Source: an uncultured Opitutaceae bacterium (lineage in GTDB: Bacteria; Verrucomicrobiota; Verrucomicrobiia; Opitutales; Opitutaceae). From it: 64,000 nucleotides of DNA. Below the pieces are notes generated by a model. It had not been told where the DNA came from. It ran no database searches and saw nothing but the letters and a program-made list of their open reading frames with translations. Location: positions 22 to 64,021 of the forward strand of contig CAYQOH010000001.1 of NCBI GenBank assembly GCA_964419075.1. The letters are read 5' to 3'. Shown here piece by piece: positions 49,261-58,747 of this stretch (position 1 is the first letter of the stretch; each line of letters begins with the position of its first letter). The translations under genes and the position numbers were made by a program.

Positions 49261-50181
49261 GTGAATCTCATGGAGGATAGGCATACCGGCTCTTTCAGGC
49301 TGGCTCTCGCGCAGATGCGGGTGGTCGGCGCTGACAGGGACGGCAACCTCGGGCGCGCAGCCCGGATGGTTGCGGCCGGCGCCAGGGCTGGAGCGCAGGT
49401 CGTGCTCCTGCCGGAAGCGCTCGACCTCGGATGGACGAGTCCCAAGGCGCGCGAGCTCGCCGGGCCTATTCCTTCGGGCGCCGCGTACAGATCCCTGAGG
49501 GACGCGGCCAAGAAGGCCAGGGTCTACGTCTGCGCAGGATTGACCGAGCGATCGGGAATGCGGGTCTTTAACTCGGCCGTCCTGATTTCTCCTCAGGGTC
49601 GGCTCCTCCTGCACCACCGGAAGCTCAATGAGCTTGAGATTGCGCACCCGGCCTATGACCAAGGCGACCGCTTGGCGGTGGCCCGGACACCCCTGGGGAC
49701 ATTCGGCCTCATGATCTGCGCAGACGGAAGCGTGGCGGGTCAGGTGGTGAGCCGCTCGTTGGCACTCATGGGAGCCGACGTGATCCTCTCCCCGTCTGCG
49801 TGGGCCGTGAAACCAGCCTACGACAACGCGCGCACGCCGTACGGCGCAATGTGGCGCCGGTGCTACGGAGCTGTCGCCCGCGATTTTCGGATATGGATCG
49901 CGGCATGCAGCAATGTCGGCGTCATCGATGGAGGACCGTGGGATGGTTACTCATGCATCGGGCGCTCCCTCGTGGTTGATCCGCAGGGTAGGCCGGCCCT
50001 TACCGGCCCCTTTGGGCCAAGGGCCGAAGCGCTCCTGTCGATCGAAATTGAGCCCGAGGCCAGGCCGGCACGGGGCACAGGATGGGAAAGGCTTTGGGCC
50101 GACCGCGAAGCAGCGGCGCGGAAAGGCCGCGTCCGCAGCCATCACGCGTCCAACCTCCGAACAACTCGGCGGACAGCTTGA
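49261..50181 (+). CDS. carbon-nitrogen hydrolase (nitrilase superfamily) protein
   Basis: Triad context VLLPEA, HRKLNE, LMICADG. Start is GTG 49261 or ATG 49270. It is divergent from araC. Confidence 0.8.
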   Translation: MNLMEDRHTGSFRLALAQMRVVGADRDGNLGRAARMVAAGARAGAQVVLLPEALDLGWTSPKARELAGPIPSGAAYRSLRDAAKKARVYVCAGLTERSGMRVFNSAVLISPQGRLLLHHRKLNELEIAHPAYDQGDRLAVARTPLGTFGLMICADGSVAGQVVSRSLALMGADVILSPSAWAVKPAYDNARTPYGAMWRRCYGAVARDFRIWIAACSNVGVIDGGPWDGYSCIGRSLVVDPQGRPALTGPFGPRAEALLSIEIEPEARPARGTGWERLWADREAAARKGRVRSHHASNLRTTRRTA

Positions 50182-50187
50182 TCACCG

Positions 50188-52203
50188 ATGCGCTTCAGAC
50201 AACCGGTGAGGATCCTGGCAGGGCTTTCACTGGCCTGCCTGTCGGCAGCCCCGGCTCGATCGGCAGACCAATCGAGCGAGGGTGTGCCCAACGCTGAGCC
50301 GTTCTTCGTCTCCCCCTTCGGGAACGACAGTTGGTCGGGCAGGCTCATGGACCCGGCCCCAGGAGGTAAGGATGGGCCGTTTGCCACGCTGGCGCATGCG
50401 CGCGATGCAGCACGGTCTGCCAAGGAGCGCCTTGCGACGCTTGGGCAGCGCGTCTTGATCCGCGGCGGCGACTATTTCATGGACCGAACGCTCGACCTGT
50501 CGGTGGACGATTCGGGTCTGACCCTGGAAGCAGCCCCCGGGGAACGGCCGGTCATTTACGGGGGGAGGCCCATCGGCGGATGGCGGCCTGATGCCCATGG
50601 ATTCTGGTCGGCGGCCCTGCCTGAGGTGCTTGGGATTCCCTGGGATTTCCGGATGCTGGTGATCGACGGTCGGGTCGCGAGCCGCTCGCGCCTTCCCAAG
50701 CAGGGCGCCTTTGAGCACCTGAGCACATTCGATGGGACATGGACTGTAGGCAGAACCCATGGATGGGCGCGGCGTCCCACCGTTGAGCAGCTGACGACGC
50801 TCGTATGCCGGCCTCAGGATCTGGGAGCGTGGCTCGAACGTGGGAACGCAGAGCTCACCATCTACCACATGTGGAACGCATCGGTCGTTGGCCTATCGGC
50901 AATCGATTTGCCGAGACATGCGCTGAGGCTCTCGAACCCGTGCGACTACCCTCCCGGGGCCTTCGGCGTGAGGAAATATGTCGTATGGAACGAGACGGCG
51001 GGAATGACCGATCCAGGCCAATGGTATCTGGATCGGACGCTGCGACGCGTATACTATTGGCCGCTCCCTGGACAGGACATGCGCAAGGCGCAGGCCCTGG
51101 CTCCGCTCGTTGAGGCGGTGATTCGGATCCAGGGTTCGGAGGATGCGCCGGCTCACGATGTGGTGCTGCGTGGGCTTGGAATCTCAATCGCAAACGCGGC
51201 CGTGGGTGCATTGCCCACCGACTGGACCATCGGCGGATTCAACGGGACCAGCCGGCCCGGTGCGATTCAGGTGCGCATGGCAAATGACTGCACCTTCGAC
51301 CGGCTGGAGCTCTCGCGGGTGGTTGGCCAGGGGATCAAGGCGGTGGCGGTCAATAGGCTCATTGTCCGGGACTGTAGTTTAACGGATATTGGCGCAACCG
51401 GGATCGTGATTGACGGCAATCGCTGCACGCTGGTTGGCAACCATGTCCTACGCGCGGGCATCGTTTACGAAGAGGGCATGGGAATCGAGGCATCCGGGGA
51501 CAGGGCGGTTATCAGCCACAATGAGATTAGCCATACCTCCTACGATGGAATCATGGCTACAGGCGGAGGGCTTCTCATAGAAAGAAATCTCGTTCACCAC
51601 GTGATGGAGGGCCTTCATGACGGCGCCGGGATCTACGTGGCTGGAGCGGGGGAGGGCATGGTAATTCGCGGCAACTTTGTTCGAGACATAACGGACACTG
51701 GAGGGTATGGCGCGGCTGCCTATTACCTGGACGAGCTCTGCAGCCATGTCCTCGTTGAGGACAACCTCTCGTTGAACGTCGTGCGCGCCCTCAATTGCCA
51801 TATCGGAAATGGCAACCTCATCCGGAACAATTTCTTCATCAGCCAGGGTGATTTGGAGCTCCAGTTTCCCCGGTGCGTGGACCAGTGCATGGAGCACAAC
51901 GTGATCGTGGGCCGCACGACGATCTCGATCCACCCATTCAACGCGATTGGGCGAGCCTCCGGAAACGTGCTCTTTAGCGGAACGGGGGTGATCGTAGCGC
52001 GCGTGACCCCTGTTCTCGGAAATGTTCCCACAGCCTATGACTTGGTGGATGCGCCGTCCCCTGTGTCCGGCGCCCAGTGGACGCTGTCAGATCCCGGGAT
52101 ATTCCGATACGATAGCGGGCGGGTTGAACTCGCTCCGGATTCGCCCGCCCTTAGGCTTGGCATCCACTCGATTGACGTGAGCGGTGCCGGACCGGAGCCC
52201 TAG
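50188..52203 (+). CDS. right-handed parallel beta-helix repeat protein, secreted
   Basis: Signal peptide (ILAGLSLACLSAAPARSA), followed by many short repeats rich in G-x-x-I/V...N, typical of pectate-lyase-fold proteins. Confidence 0.7.
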   Translation: MRFRQPVRILAGLSLACLSAAPARSADQSSEGVPNAEPFFVSPFGNDSWSGRLMDPAPGGKDGPFATLAHARDAARSAKERLATLGQRVLIRGGDYFMDRTLDLSVDDSGLTLEAAPGERPVIYGGRPIGGWRPDAHGFWSAALPEVLGIPWDFRMLVIDGRVASRSRLPKQGAFEHLSTFDGTWTVGRTHGWARRPTVEQLTTLVCRPQDLGAWLERGNAELTIYHMWNASVVGLSAIDLPRHALRLSNPCDYPPGAFGVRKYVVWNETAGMTDPGQWYLDRTLRRVYYWPLPGQDMRKAQALAPLVEAVIRIQGSEDAPAHDVVLRGLGISIANAAVGALPTDWTIGGFNGTSRPGAIQVRMANDCTFDRLELSRVVGQGIKAVAVNRLIVRDCSLTDIGATGIVIDGNRCTLVGNHVLRAGIVYEEGMGIEASGDRAVISHNEISHTSYDGIMATGGGLLIERNLVHHVMEGLHDGAGIYVAGAGEGMVIRGNFVRDITDTGGYGAAAYYLDELCSHVLVEDNLSLNVVRALNCHIGNGNLIRNNFFISQGDLELQFPRCVDQCMEHNVIVGRTTISIHPFNAIGRASGNVLFSGTGVIVARVTPVLGNVPTAYDLVDAPSPVSGAQWTLSDPGIFRYDSGRVELAPDSPALRLGIHSIDVSGAGPEP

Positions 52204-52334
52204 TGCTTCCCGGTACCGGAATTCGAACGTGGATGAGGCCGCAGGCCGGTTTGAGTGCCGTTTAGGGCGGGTCGACGAGACTTGAGGCCTTACCTCAAGG
52301 GGACACTCTTGAGGGCCAGGGCGGAGGGGAGAAC

Positions 52335-55184
52335 TCAACTGATTTCCCAGCGCAGCGGGTTACCGGGACGACTCTCTCCCGCGAATCGGATCGACGGCCC
52401 CGGGTTCGTCTGGGCCTCGGCAGAGCCGTTGACCCTGACCTGGCGCGTTCGCGCCCCTTCGGGGCCGGAGAGTGTCAGTTCAATCTCCCAGCGTCCGGCC
52501 GCGGCAGGCGCGTACCATCCCGTGTAGCCGTTCCTGGCCTTCTTGAACCCGAGGAGGGGGGACGTGAATGCGTACTCCGCCATGGGAAGGTCCGGCTTGA
52601 AGCTGACGCCGCCCTCGTGGAACTCGAGTCCCAGCAGCTTGGCCGCGCTGTAGAGGGGCCAGGCGTGCGGGTGCATGTTCATGACCGGGAAGTCTGTCCA
52701 ATTGTATCCCCAATCGTCTTGCACCTGCAGTTCGGTCGACGGGTGTTCCGCAAACATGGTCTGGCCGGGATACCGCGACAACACGGAGTTGTAATAGTCG
52801 GGACCACTCCAGATTCCGTACCAAAGGTCCGGATAAGCCTCCGCGTGCTTCGCAAGCGAATTCTTCTTCCACTCGTCCCAAGCCAGCGCACCGTCTTCCG
52901 TGGCCAGCGCCCAGATCAGGGTTCCATTGATGGCGGACCAAACGCCCCCGTTGGACAGCGTGCCGACCGGTCGCTTGATGGTGCTCACGCCTGGGTTTTG
53001 CAAAAGGGCACCGATCGGCGAGGGCTTTCTCAGGGTCTCGTCAAGTGCGGCGACCAATGTCTTGCGCTGCTGTGCCGTTGCCGCGCCTCCGATGACGGCC
53101 CACGGCTGCGGCTCCAGCCAAAGATGGTCTTCGCCGATCCACCCAACCTTCGGGCCCAGCCAAGCGCGGCGGAACCACTGCCCCGCCCATTGCGCCTGGA
53201 CCGACCGTCGTTGCGCCTCAGCTCTTGCGCCTGCCTCGTCAGCGGCCTTGGAGTCCCCGGCATACGCGAGCATTCGCGCATAGTGCTCGAGGACATAGGA
53301 GGCCATCGCGGCATTGAGAACGCTTTCGCCTTCCTTGCGGATCTCCTCTCTCTGTTCTCGCGGGGCATATGCGACCACGACCTCGTCGTTCCAATCCCCG
53401 TTGGAAAGGCGCATCACGCCGTGCTTCCCCGAGCCAATGCCTTCGACAAGGTGTCTGAAGGAGCGCCCGAGAAGCTCGCGGACCGTGGGGTCTGCGGGGT
53501 TCGGCTCCTGCCGCGGATAGACGGGAATTCTCTCTTCGAGAAATGCCGTGTCGCGAGTTGCGAGCACATATTCGCTGGCCGTCCAGAGGAGCCACAGCTC
53601 CAAGTCGCTCGGAATGTAGAATGCAGGCATTGGAACACCGCTTCCCACGATGCCGTAGGGAATGGACCCGTCCGGCTGGATCTCCTTCAGGGTGTAGCGG
53701 ATTATTCCCCGGACAATCTCCGGTTTGCTGAAGACGAAGGGCAAGGTATGCTGCAGCGGATCGCGCGCCGCTCCCTGAAATCCCACGATGTACTGGTAGA
53801 CGTGGCCCTGCGAGAGCATGTGCTCACGGAAGAAGCTGTCATAGGTCAGGTTGCTGCGAAGGTAGTAGTTGTGCCAGGACGTCTCTCGTTCCACCCATGG
53901 CTCGAGCGGCGTGCTAAATCGAACACCGTCCCCCTTCCAGGCCGCGCTTGAGCGTGACCACAGCAACGCCGGGTCGGACGAGTATTTCGCCACAAGCTCG
54001 TTGACCTCGAAACCCTGCGGGACATAGCCATACAGAAAGCTGAGCGTTCGGCTCTCTTGGGGCTGGAGCCTGACGTCGCGTTCAAGCAGAAACGCGCTTT
54101 CCGGACCGGTGGAGCCAAGATCGTTGCCCAGCTTGGCCGAGAGCCCCGAAGGACGGTCGATTCCGCCTCCGCCGAAAAAGGCGGAGGCGTTCGTCGCAAA
54201 CCCGTCAATCGGGGCGTCCAACGAAACCAGAAACGTGGACGGTGGGTTGAGGTCCTCCATCGATGTCTGGGGCGATAGTTTCGGCAAAGACCCGCCTAGG
54301 AAGCCGGAAGGGTTCTTCTTCAGATACGCCTCCACGTCCTCCCACGCCCGGATGTCTTCGGGATCACGTCCAAGGAATCTCTGCGTCTCGACCAGGCCTG
54401 CGCCGTTCGCCATCGGCCGGAACTGGTGCGCAAAGCGCCGGGCGAACTGGCGGCGGCGATCCGCCGCATTGACCGCTTCGTTCGCCGTCGCCTGCATCGT
54501 CGAGCGGAAGGAAAACTGAATATTCTGGCAGCCCCAGTATTCGAGCCATCGGAGGTCCGCGACCTGGCTCGAATGGTTTGTGACCGTAACCATTGAGACC
54601 AAGACCGGATCGTCCCCGAAGGGTGCGAAGATCACCTGGTCGACCCCGTACTGGCGTCCCTTCACAGCCTTTTTGAAATAGCCTTCGCCCAGGATTCGCT
54701 CGAAGGACTCGCCATGTCCGGGATAGTAGGTGCTCAGCGTTTCGTCTCCACCGGTGAGGAATCCGACACCGGCCCCGTAGAGGCCAAGATCGGGGCAATA
54801 GTCGTTCAGGAATTTCGGCGAACCCTCGTCCTGGCGCACCTGCACGTATCCGTAATTTGAAACGGCGGCAACCAGGCGATCATTTCCCACCTGGTGCGTG
54901 TGGTCGGCGGCCGAGCGCCACTGCGGGTGGACCGGGCACCGGGCCTTGGCGTCGGTGAGCTGGTTGCAGGTGTACCGGTAGGCCGGCAGGCCGAACGGAT
55001 CGGTGATCCATTCGCCGAAGTGGCCCGACCCGTAGGCATTCCCTCCTCCGTCCCGAGCTCCGGGTCCGCTCATGGGTGCGCCGATGGCGGCGAGCAGGCG
55101 GCCGTTAAGGGAAGTGCCAGCATACACGGTGCCGGTCAGCGCTGCACTTTGGAGGAGAAACTTGCGTCGATTCATGGTCTTCAT
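52335..55184 (-). CDS. large (alpha/alpha)6-barrel glycoside hydrolase/phosphorylase-like protein (GH94-type GDWND motif) with Tat-type signal
   Basis: The N terminus MKTMNRRKFLLQSAALTG resembles a Tat signal. An internal SNGDWNDEV matches the catalytic DWND block of cellobiose/chitobiose-phosphorylase-like enzymes. About 950 aa. Confidence 0.55.
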   Translation of the reverse strand: MKTMNRRKFLLQSAALTGTVYAGTSLNGRLLAAIGAPMSGPGARDGGGNAYGSGHFGEWITDPFGLPAYRYTCNQLTDAKARCPVHPQWRSAADHTHQVGNDRLVAAVSNYGYVQVRQDEGSPKFLNDYCPDLGLYGAGVGFLTGGDETLSTYYPGHGESFERILGEGYFKKAVKGRQYGVDQVIFAPFGDDPVLVSMVTVTNHSSQVADLRWLEYWGCQNIQFSFRSTMQATANEAVNAADRRRQFARRFAHQFRPMANGAGLVETQRFLGRDPEDIRAWEDVEAYLKKNPSGFLGGSLPKLSPQTSMEDLNPPSTFLVSLDAPIDGFATNASAFFGGGGIDRPSGLSAKLGNDLGSTGPESAFLLERDVRLQPQESRTLSFLYGYVPQGFEVNELVAKYSSDPALLWSRSSAAWKGDGVRFSTPLEPWVERETSWHNYYLRSNLTYDSFFREHMLSQGHVYQYIVGFQGAARDPLQHTLPFVFSKPEIVRGIIRYTLKEIQPDGSIPYGIVGSGVPMPAFYIPSDLELWLLWTASEYVLATRDTAFLEERIPVYPRQEPNPADPTVRELLGRSFRHLVEGIGSGKHGVMRLSNGDWNDEVVVAYAPREQREEIRKEGESVLNAAMASYVLEHYARMLAYAGDSKAADEAGARAEAQRRSVQAQWAGQWFRRAWLGPKVGWIGEDHLWLEPQPWAVIGGAATAQQRKTLVAALDETLRKPSPIGALLQNPGVSTIKRPVGTLSNGGVWSAINGTLIWALATEDGALAWDEWKKNSLAKHAEAYPDLWYGIWSGPDYYNSVLSRYPGQTMFAEHPSTELQVQDDWGYNWTDFPVMNMHPHAWPLYSAAKLLGLEFHEGGVSFKPDLPMAEYAFTSPLLGFKKARNGYTGWYAPAAAGRWEIELTLSGPEGARTRQVRVNGSAEAQTNPGPSIRFAGESRPGNPLRWEIS

Positions 55185-55739
55185 GAGTTGAAAGCAGAGC
55201 TGACGTGAGCACGCTCTATTGAGCCGGGGTTGTGTTAGTTTGGGCGGGTTCGTGCCAACTACGAGCTCATAGGCAAAGATTAGAGCGATGAGGGGTGACA
55301 CTCCAAAGTTCCGAAGGAGTGCCGCCACGAACGAGAAGGAAAGCGGCAAGGAGGGGGAGCCCAGACGGCTTCATACATGACGACAAGAATCGTGCGGTGA
55401 GGCTGCACGGAGCCCCTTGGCATTCGTTCATAACCGATTCGTGCGTCCGAGAAGATCGAATCTGAAATTGGCTAGCTCCCCAACGCCTTTGGGCACTGAT
55501 TCTTCAAAGCAAACTCTTGATTCGAAGAATTGGTGATTTCGACAGTTCTTCATGCTCCTTTTGTTGAGAGGGTCCCGATCTTCTGGGCGCCCAAGGTGCA
55601 CGGGTCCTGCCGGGACACCTATGGTAAGCTTATCGCCCTGCAGCCCGGCCATCGCGCCCTGCAGAAGGGGTCCGCGGTCTGACTGAACAACTCAGCGCCC
55701 CGGGGCGTGGTCTCCCTTCTTCACCGCCAGAGTGGTCCG

Positions 55740-58208
55740 TCATTCGGCCCGCAGCGCCTCGAGCGGGCTGATGCGGCCGGCGCGCAGGGCAGGGACCAGG
55801 CATGCTAGCAAGGCGACACCAGCGAGCGCCGTCCCGACCGCCGTGAATGTCACGACATCGAATGCGCTGGTCTCAAAGAGCATGCTCTGAAGGATGCGCG
55901 ACAACGCGAGGGATCCGGCCAGCCCGGCGCCCAGGCCAATGAACACGATACGCATGCTTTGATTCACGATCAGCCGCACAATATCACCCTGCGTGGCACC
56001 CAGGGCGGTTCGGATGCCAAGCTCGCGGGCCCTCTGGGTCACGTTCCACGCCACAACCCCATAGATGCCGACCGCCGCCAGCACGCTCGCCACGGAGGCG
56101 AAGAGTCCCAGAAGCACGGTGCTGAAACGGTTCTGGCGCAGGCTCTGTGCGATTGTGATCTCCATCGTCGACAGTTCCCGGATCGGCTGGTTGGGATCGG
56201 CTGCCATCACGATCGCGCGGGCGGCAGCGGCAGCGAGCAGTGGATCGCCGTTCGTCCGCATGAGGACAATCATGCCGTTGCGGATGATCGGCGAGTCCCA
56301 GCTCTGGTCGACGGGCAGGTAGGCCGCCGGTGTTGGATCCGACTGAAGGCCGGAATGGCGCGAGCTCTGGACGACGCCGACGACGCGCGTCCACTGGAAT
56401 TTGTCCAAGCCCGGCGGGAGCAGGCCCGGCTTGATCAGGTTGGCGGGCAGCCCGAGCATGACCTTCTGGCCGAGCGGGTCCCGGCTGCCGAGGAATTGCT
56501 TAACCGCGGCCTCGTTCAGGATGATGACCGGCTCCGACCCGGCGCGGTCGGCCTCAGTGAAAGCCCTCCCCCGCAAGAGCCGCAGGCCCTGGGCGGTGAA
56601 GTAGGCGCCGGTCACGCAGCTGAACTGGACGCTCTGGAGATCGCTGAGGTTCGAATAGGTGCGCTCGGGCGTAATGAGCGGAAGATTATTGCTCCCAAGC
56701 AGCGGCGCGTTGCTCGAAGCAGCGGCGGCCCTGACCCCCGGCAGGTGAGTCGAGCGTGCGACCACCTCCGTGAAGAACCGTGTCGCCTGTTCGCCCGTCG
56801 GATAGCGGGATTGTGGAAGCTGGATCGTCATCACGAGCAGATTCTCGGGATTGAAGCCCGGGTCAACGGACTGGAGCCTCGCGAAGCTGCGGATGAGGAG
56901 GCCAGCGCCGATAAGCAGGATGAGGGAGAGGGCCACCTCGCCCACGATGAGGCCCGAGCGTACCATGGAGCTTCGCGGGCCGACTGTGCCACGTCCGCCT
57001 TCCTGAAGCGCGCCCGTAAGGCGGTCCCGGGATAGCTCGAGGGCTGGAAGCAGGGCAAAGACAAGCATGGTGCCCGTGCACACGGCGACGGAAAAGAGCA
57101 TGACCGGCAGATTCACAGTGATGGCCGCTTCGGACGGGATGACATCCGCGGGAAGAAGGGCGAGCAGGGCCCTGAGGCCCCACGCTCCCACGAGGATTCC
57201 GGCGCCGGCGCCAAACGCGGCGAGCGGGATGCTCTCGAGAAGGACCTGCCGGACGAGGCGGCCCCGGCCGGCTCCCAGCGCCGACCGGATCGCAAATTCG
57301 CGTTGGCGCGTGGTAGCGCGCGCGAGCAGGAGGTTGGCGACGTTGGCGCAGGCTATGAGCAGCACAAAACCGACGGCCCCCAGAAGCATGAGCAGCGGGT
57401 TGCGGATGGGTCCCGAAACCGAGTCCGACAGCATGACGGCGCCCACGCCGATATTCTTGTTCGAGTCGGGGAACTGGTCGGCAATCCTCTTTGCGATCAC
57501 GCCCAGTTCGGCCCTGCCGTCCTTCAGAGTGGCGGTTGGCTTCAGCTTTCCCACGACCCAAGTGTTCATCCGGAGGACGCGGCTTCGCATGAGATCCGTG
57601 TCCGCCTCCAAGCCCACCGGCAGCCAGACCTCCGCGCCCCAGAACTTGAAGCGCGGCGGCATCACGCCGACCACCGTATAGGCCTTTCCGTCGAGCATGA
57701 GCTCCTTCCCCACCACATCGGGGTTTCCCCCGAGGCGATTCATCCACATGGAGGCGCCGATAACGCAGACGGGATCCGCGCCCGGGCGGTCCTCCGCCTC
57801 GGTGAACGCGCGTCCCAGCATGGGCTTCATTCCGAGCAAAGGCCACGCCGAGGCGGAGATGAGCGCCCCCCTCAGGCTCGCGGGCTCCTTTACCTTCGTG
57901 AGCGTCAGCTCTCGGTTCCAGGCGTAGGCCAGAAAGTCGAACTCGCGGGCTTCCTTGCGCATTTCAAGGTAGTCGGGGTAGGTGACCGGCATCTGGCCGC
58001 TCTGTCCCACGGGCGCGGAGCTGATGAAGGTGATGCGTTCGGGGTCCGTGTAGGGAAACGGGTGAAGCAGCACGGCGTGGATCACGCTGAAGATGGCCGT
58101 GTTGGCGCCGACGCCCAGGGCCAGCACCGCCGTGACCGTGACCGTGAATCCGGGGGACTTTCGTAGGAGGTGCAAGGAGTGAAGCAGGTCGGAGAGAATT
58201 GAGTTCAT
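55740..58208 (-). CDS. ADOP-family duplicated FtsX/MacB-like ABC transporter permease
   Basis: N-terminal LLRKSPGFTVTVTAVLALGVGANTAIFSV and two MacB_PCD/FtsX modules in one 822-aa chain. Confidence 0.85.
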   Translation of the reverse strand: MNSILSDLLHSLHLLRKSPGFTVTVTAVLALGVGANTAIFSVIHAVLLHPFPYTDPERITFISSAPVGQSGQMPVTYPDYLEMRKEAREFDFLAYAWNRELTLTKVKEPASLRGALISASAWPLLGMKPMLGRAFTEAEDRPGADPVCVIGASMWMNRLGGNPDVVGKELMLDGKAYTVVGVMPPRFKFWGAEVWLPVGLEADTDLMRSRVLRMNTWVVGKLKPTATLKDGRAELGVIAKRIADQFPDSNKNIGVGAVMLSDSVSGPIRNPLLMLLGAVGFVLLIACANVANLLLARATTRQREFAIRSALGAGRGRLVRQVLLESIPLAAFGAGAGILVGAWGLRALLALLPADVIPSEAAITVNLPVMLFSVAVCTGTMLVFALLPALELSRDRLTGALQEGGRGTVGPRSSMVRSGLIVGEVALSLILLIGAGLLIRSFARLQSVDPGFNPENLLVMTIQLPQSRYPTGEQATRFFTEVVARSTHLPGVRAAAASSNAPLLGSNNLPLITPERTYSNLSDLQSVQFSCVTGAYFTAQGLRLLRGRAFTEADRAGSEPVIILNEAAVKQFLGSRDPLGQKVMLGLPANLIKPGLLPPGLDKFQWTRVVGVVQSSRHSGLQSDPTPAAYLPVDQSWDSPIIRNGMIVLMRTNGDPLLAAAAARAIVMAADPNQPIRELSTMEITIAQSLRQNRFSTVLLGLFASVASVLAAVGIYGVVAWNVTQRARELGIRTALGATQGDIVRLIVNQSMRIVFIGLGAGLAGSLALSRILQSMLFETSAFDVVTFTAVGTALAGVALLACLVPALRAGRISPLEALRAE

Positions 58209-58747
58209 TCAGTTCGTGGAGGGCTCACATCGGTGGACGAAAACTAATGGGCCCTATTAGAGCAATGCCGATGCCAAGCCTTGAGCGTATTTTAAAGTAA
58301 TACGGAACAATAACTAACGAATCAGCTGTCGGTTCTTCACGGACATGAATTGACCGAATGTGGGAAGCGGACGTCCCGGATCTGGGATCACCGCCGGGGG
58401 TTCCTTGTGTCGCAGCGCGACGATGGAGATGCGGGCCTGCGGCGGCCGGGTGGGCATGCGGCGGAATCCCCTTTGGCGCAGTGAACTCTCAGGAAGAGGT
58501 CACAAGATCGGCAACCTGCGGGAAATCGCTTCGGTGGCCTGGCAATGCGACCCCGAGGCGGTGGCCGTCACTCTCGAGGATCTCTCTCCTCGGTCCCCGT
58601 CCTTGAGCGGCCCAGCCCGGCGATGCCGACCACGTGTCCCCTTAGGCAAAGCTTTTCCGACCGGTCCGGGGCACGCATGAATGACCCATGGGCATAGACG
58701 GGTAACGAGGCATTTACTTCATCCTCGAATGGCCGTTAGCTTGCGTG

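Noticed and set aside
55428-55652. 74-aa minus-strand ORF in the gap between the GH94-like gene and the ADOP permease
   Set aside because: It has no recognisable motif and no obvious ribosome-binding context, and it lies in a lower-GC stretch. I treat it as non-coding pending evidence.
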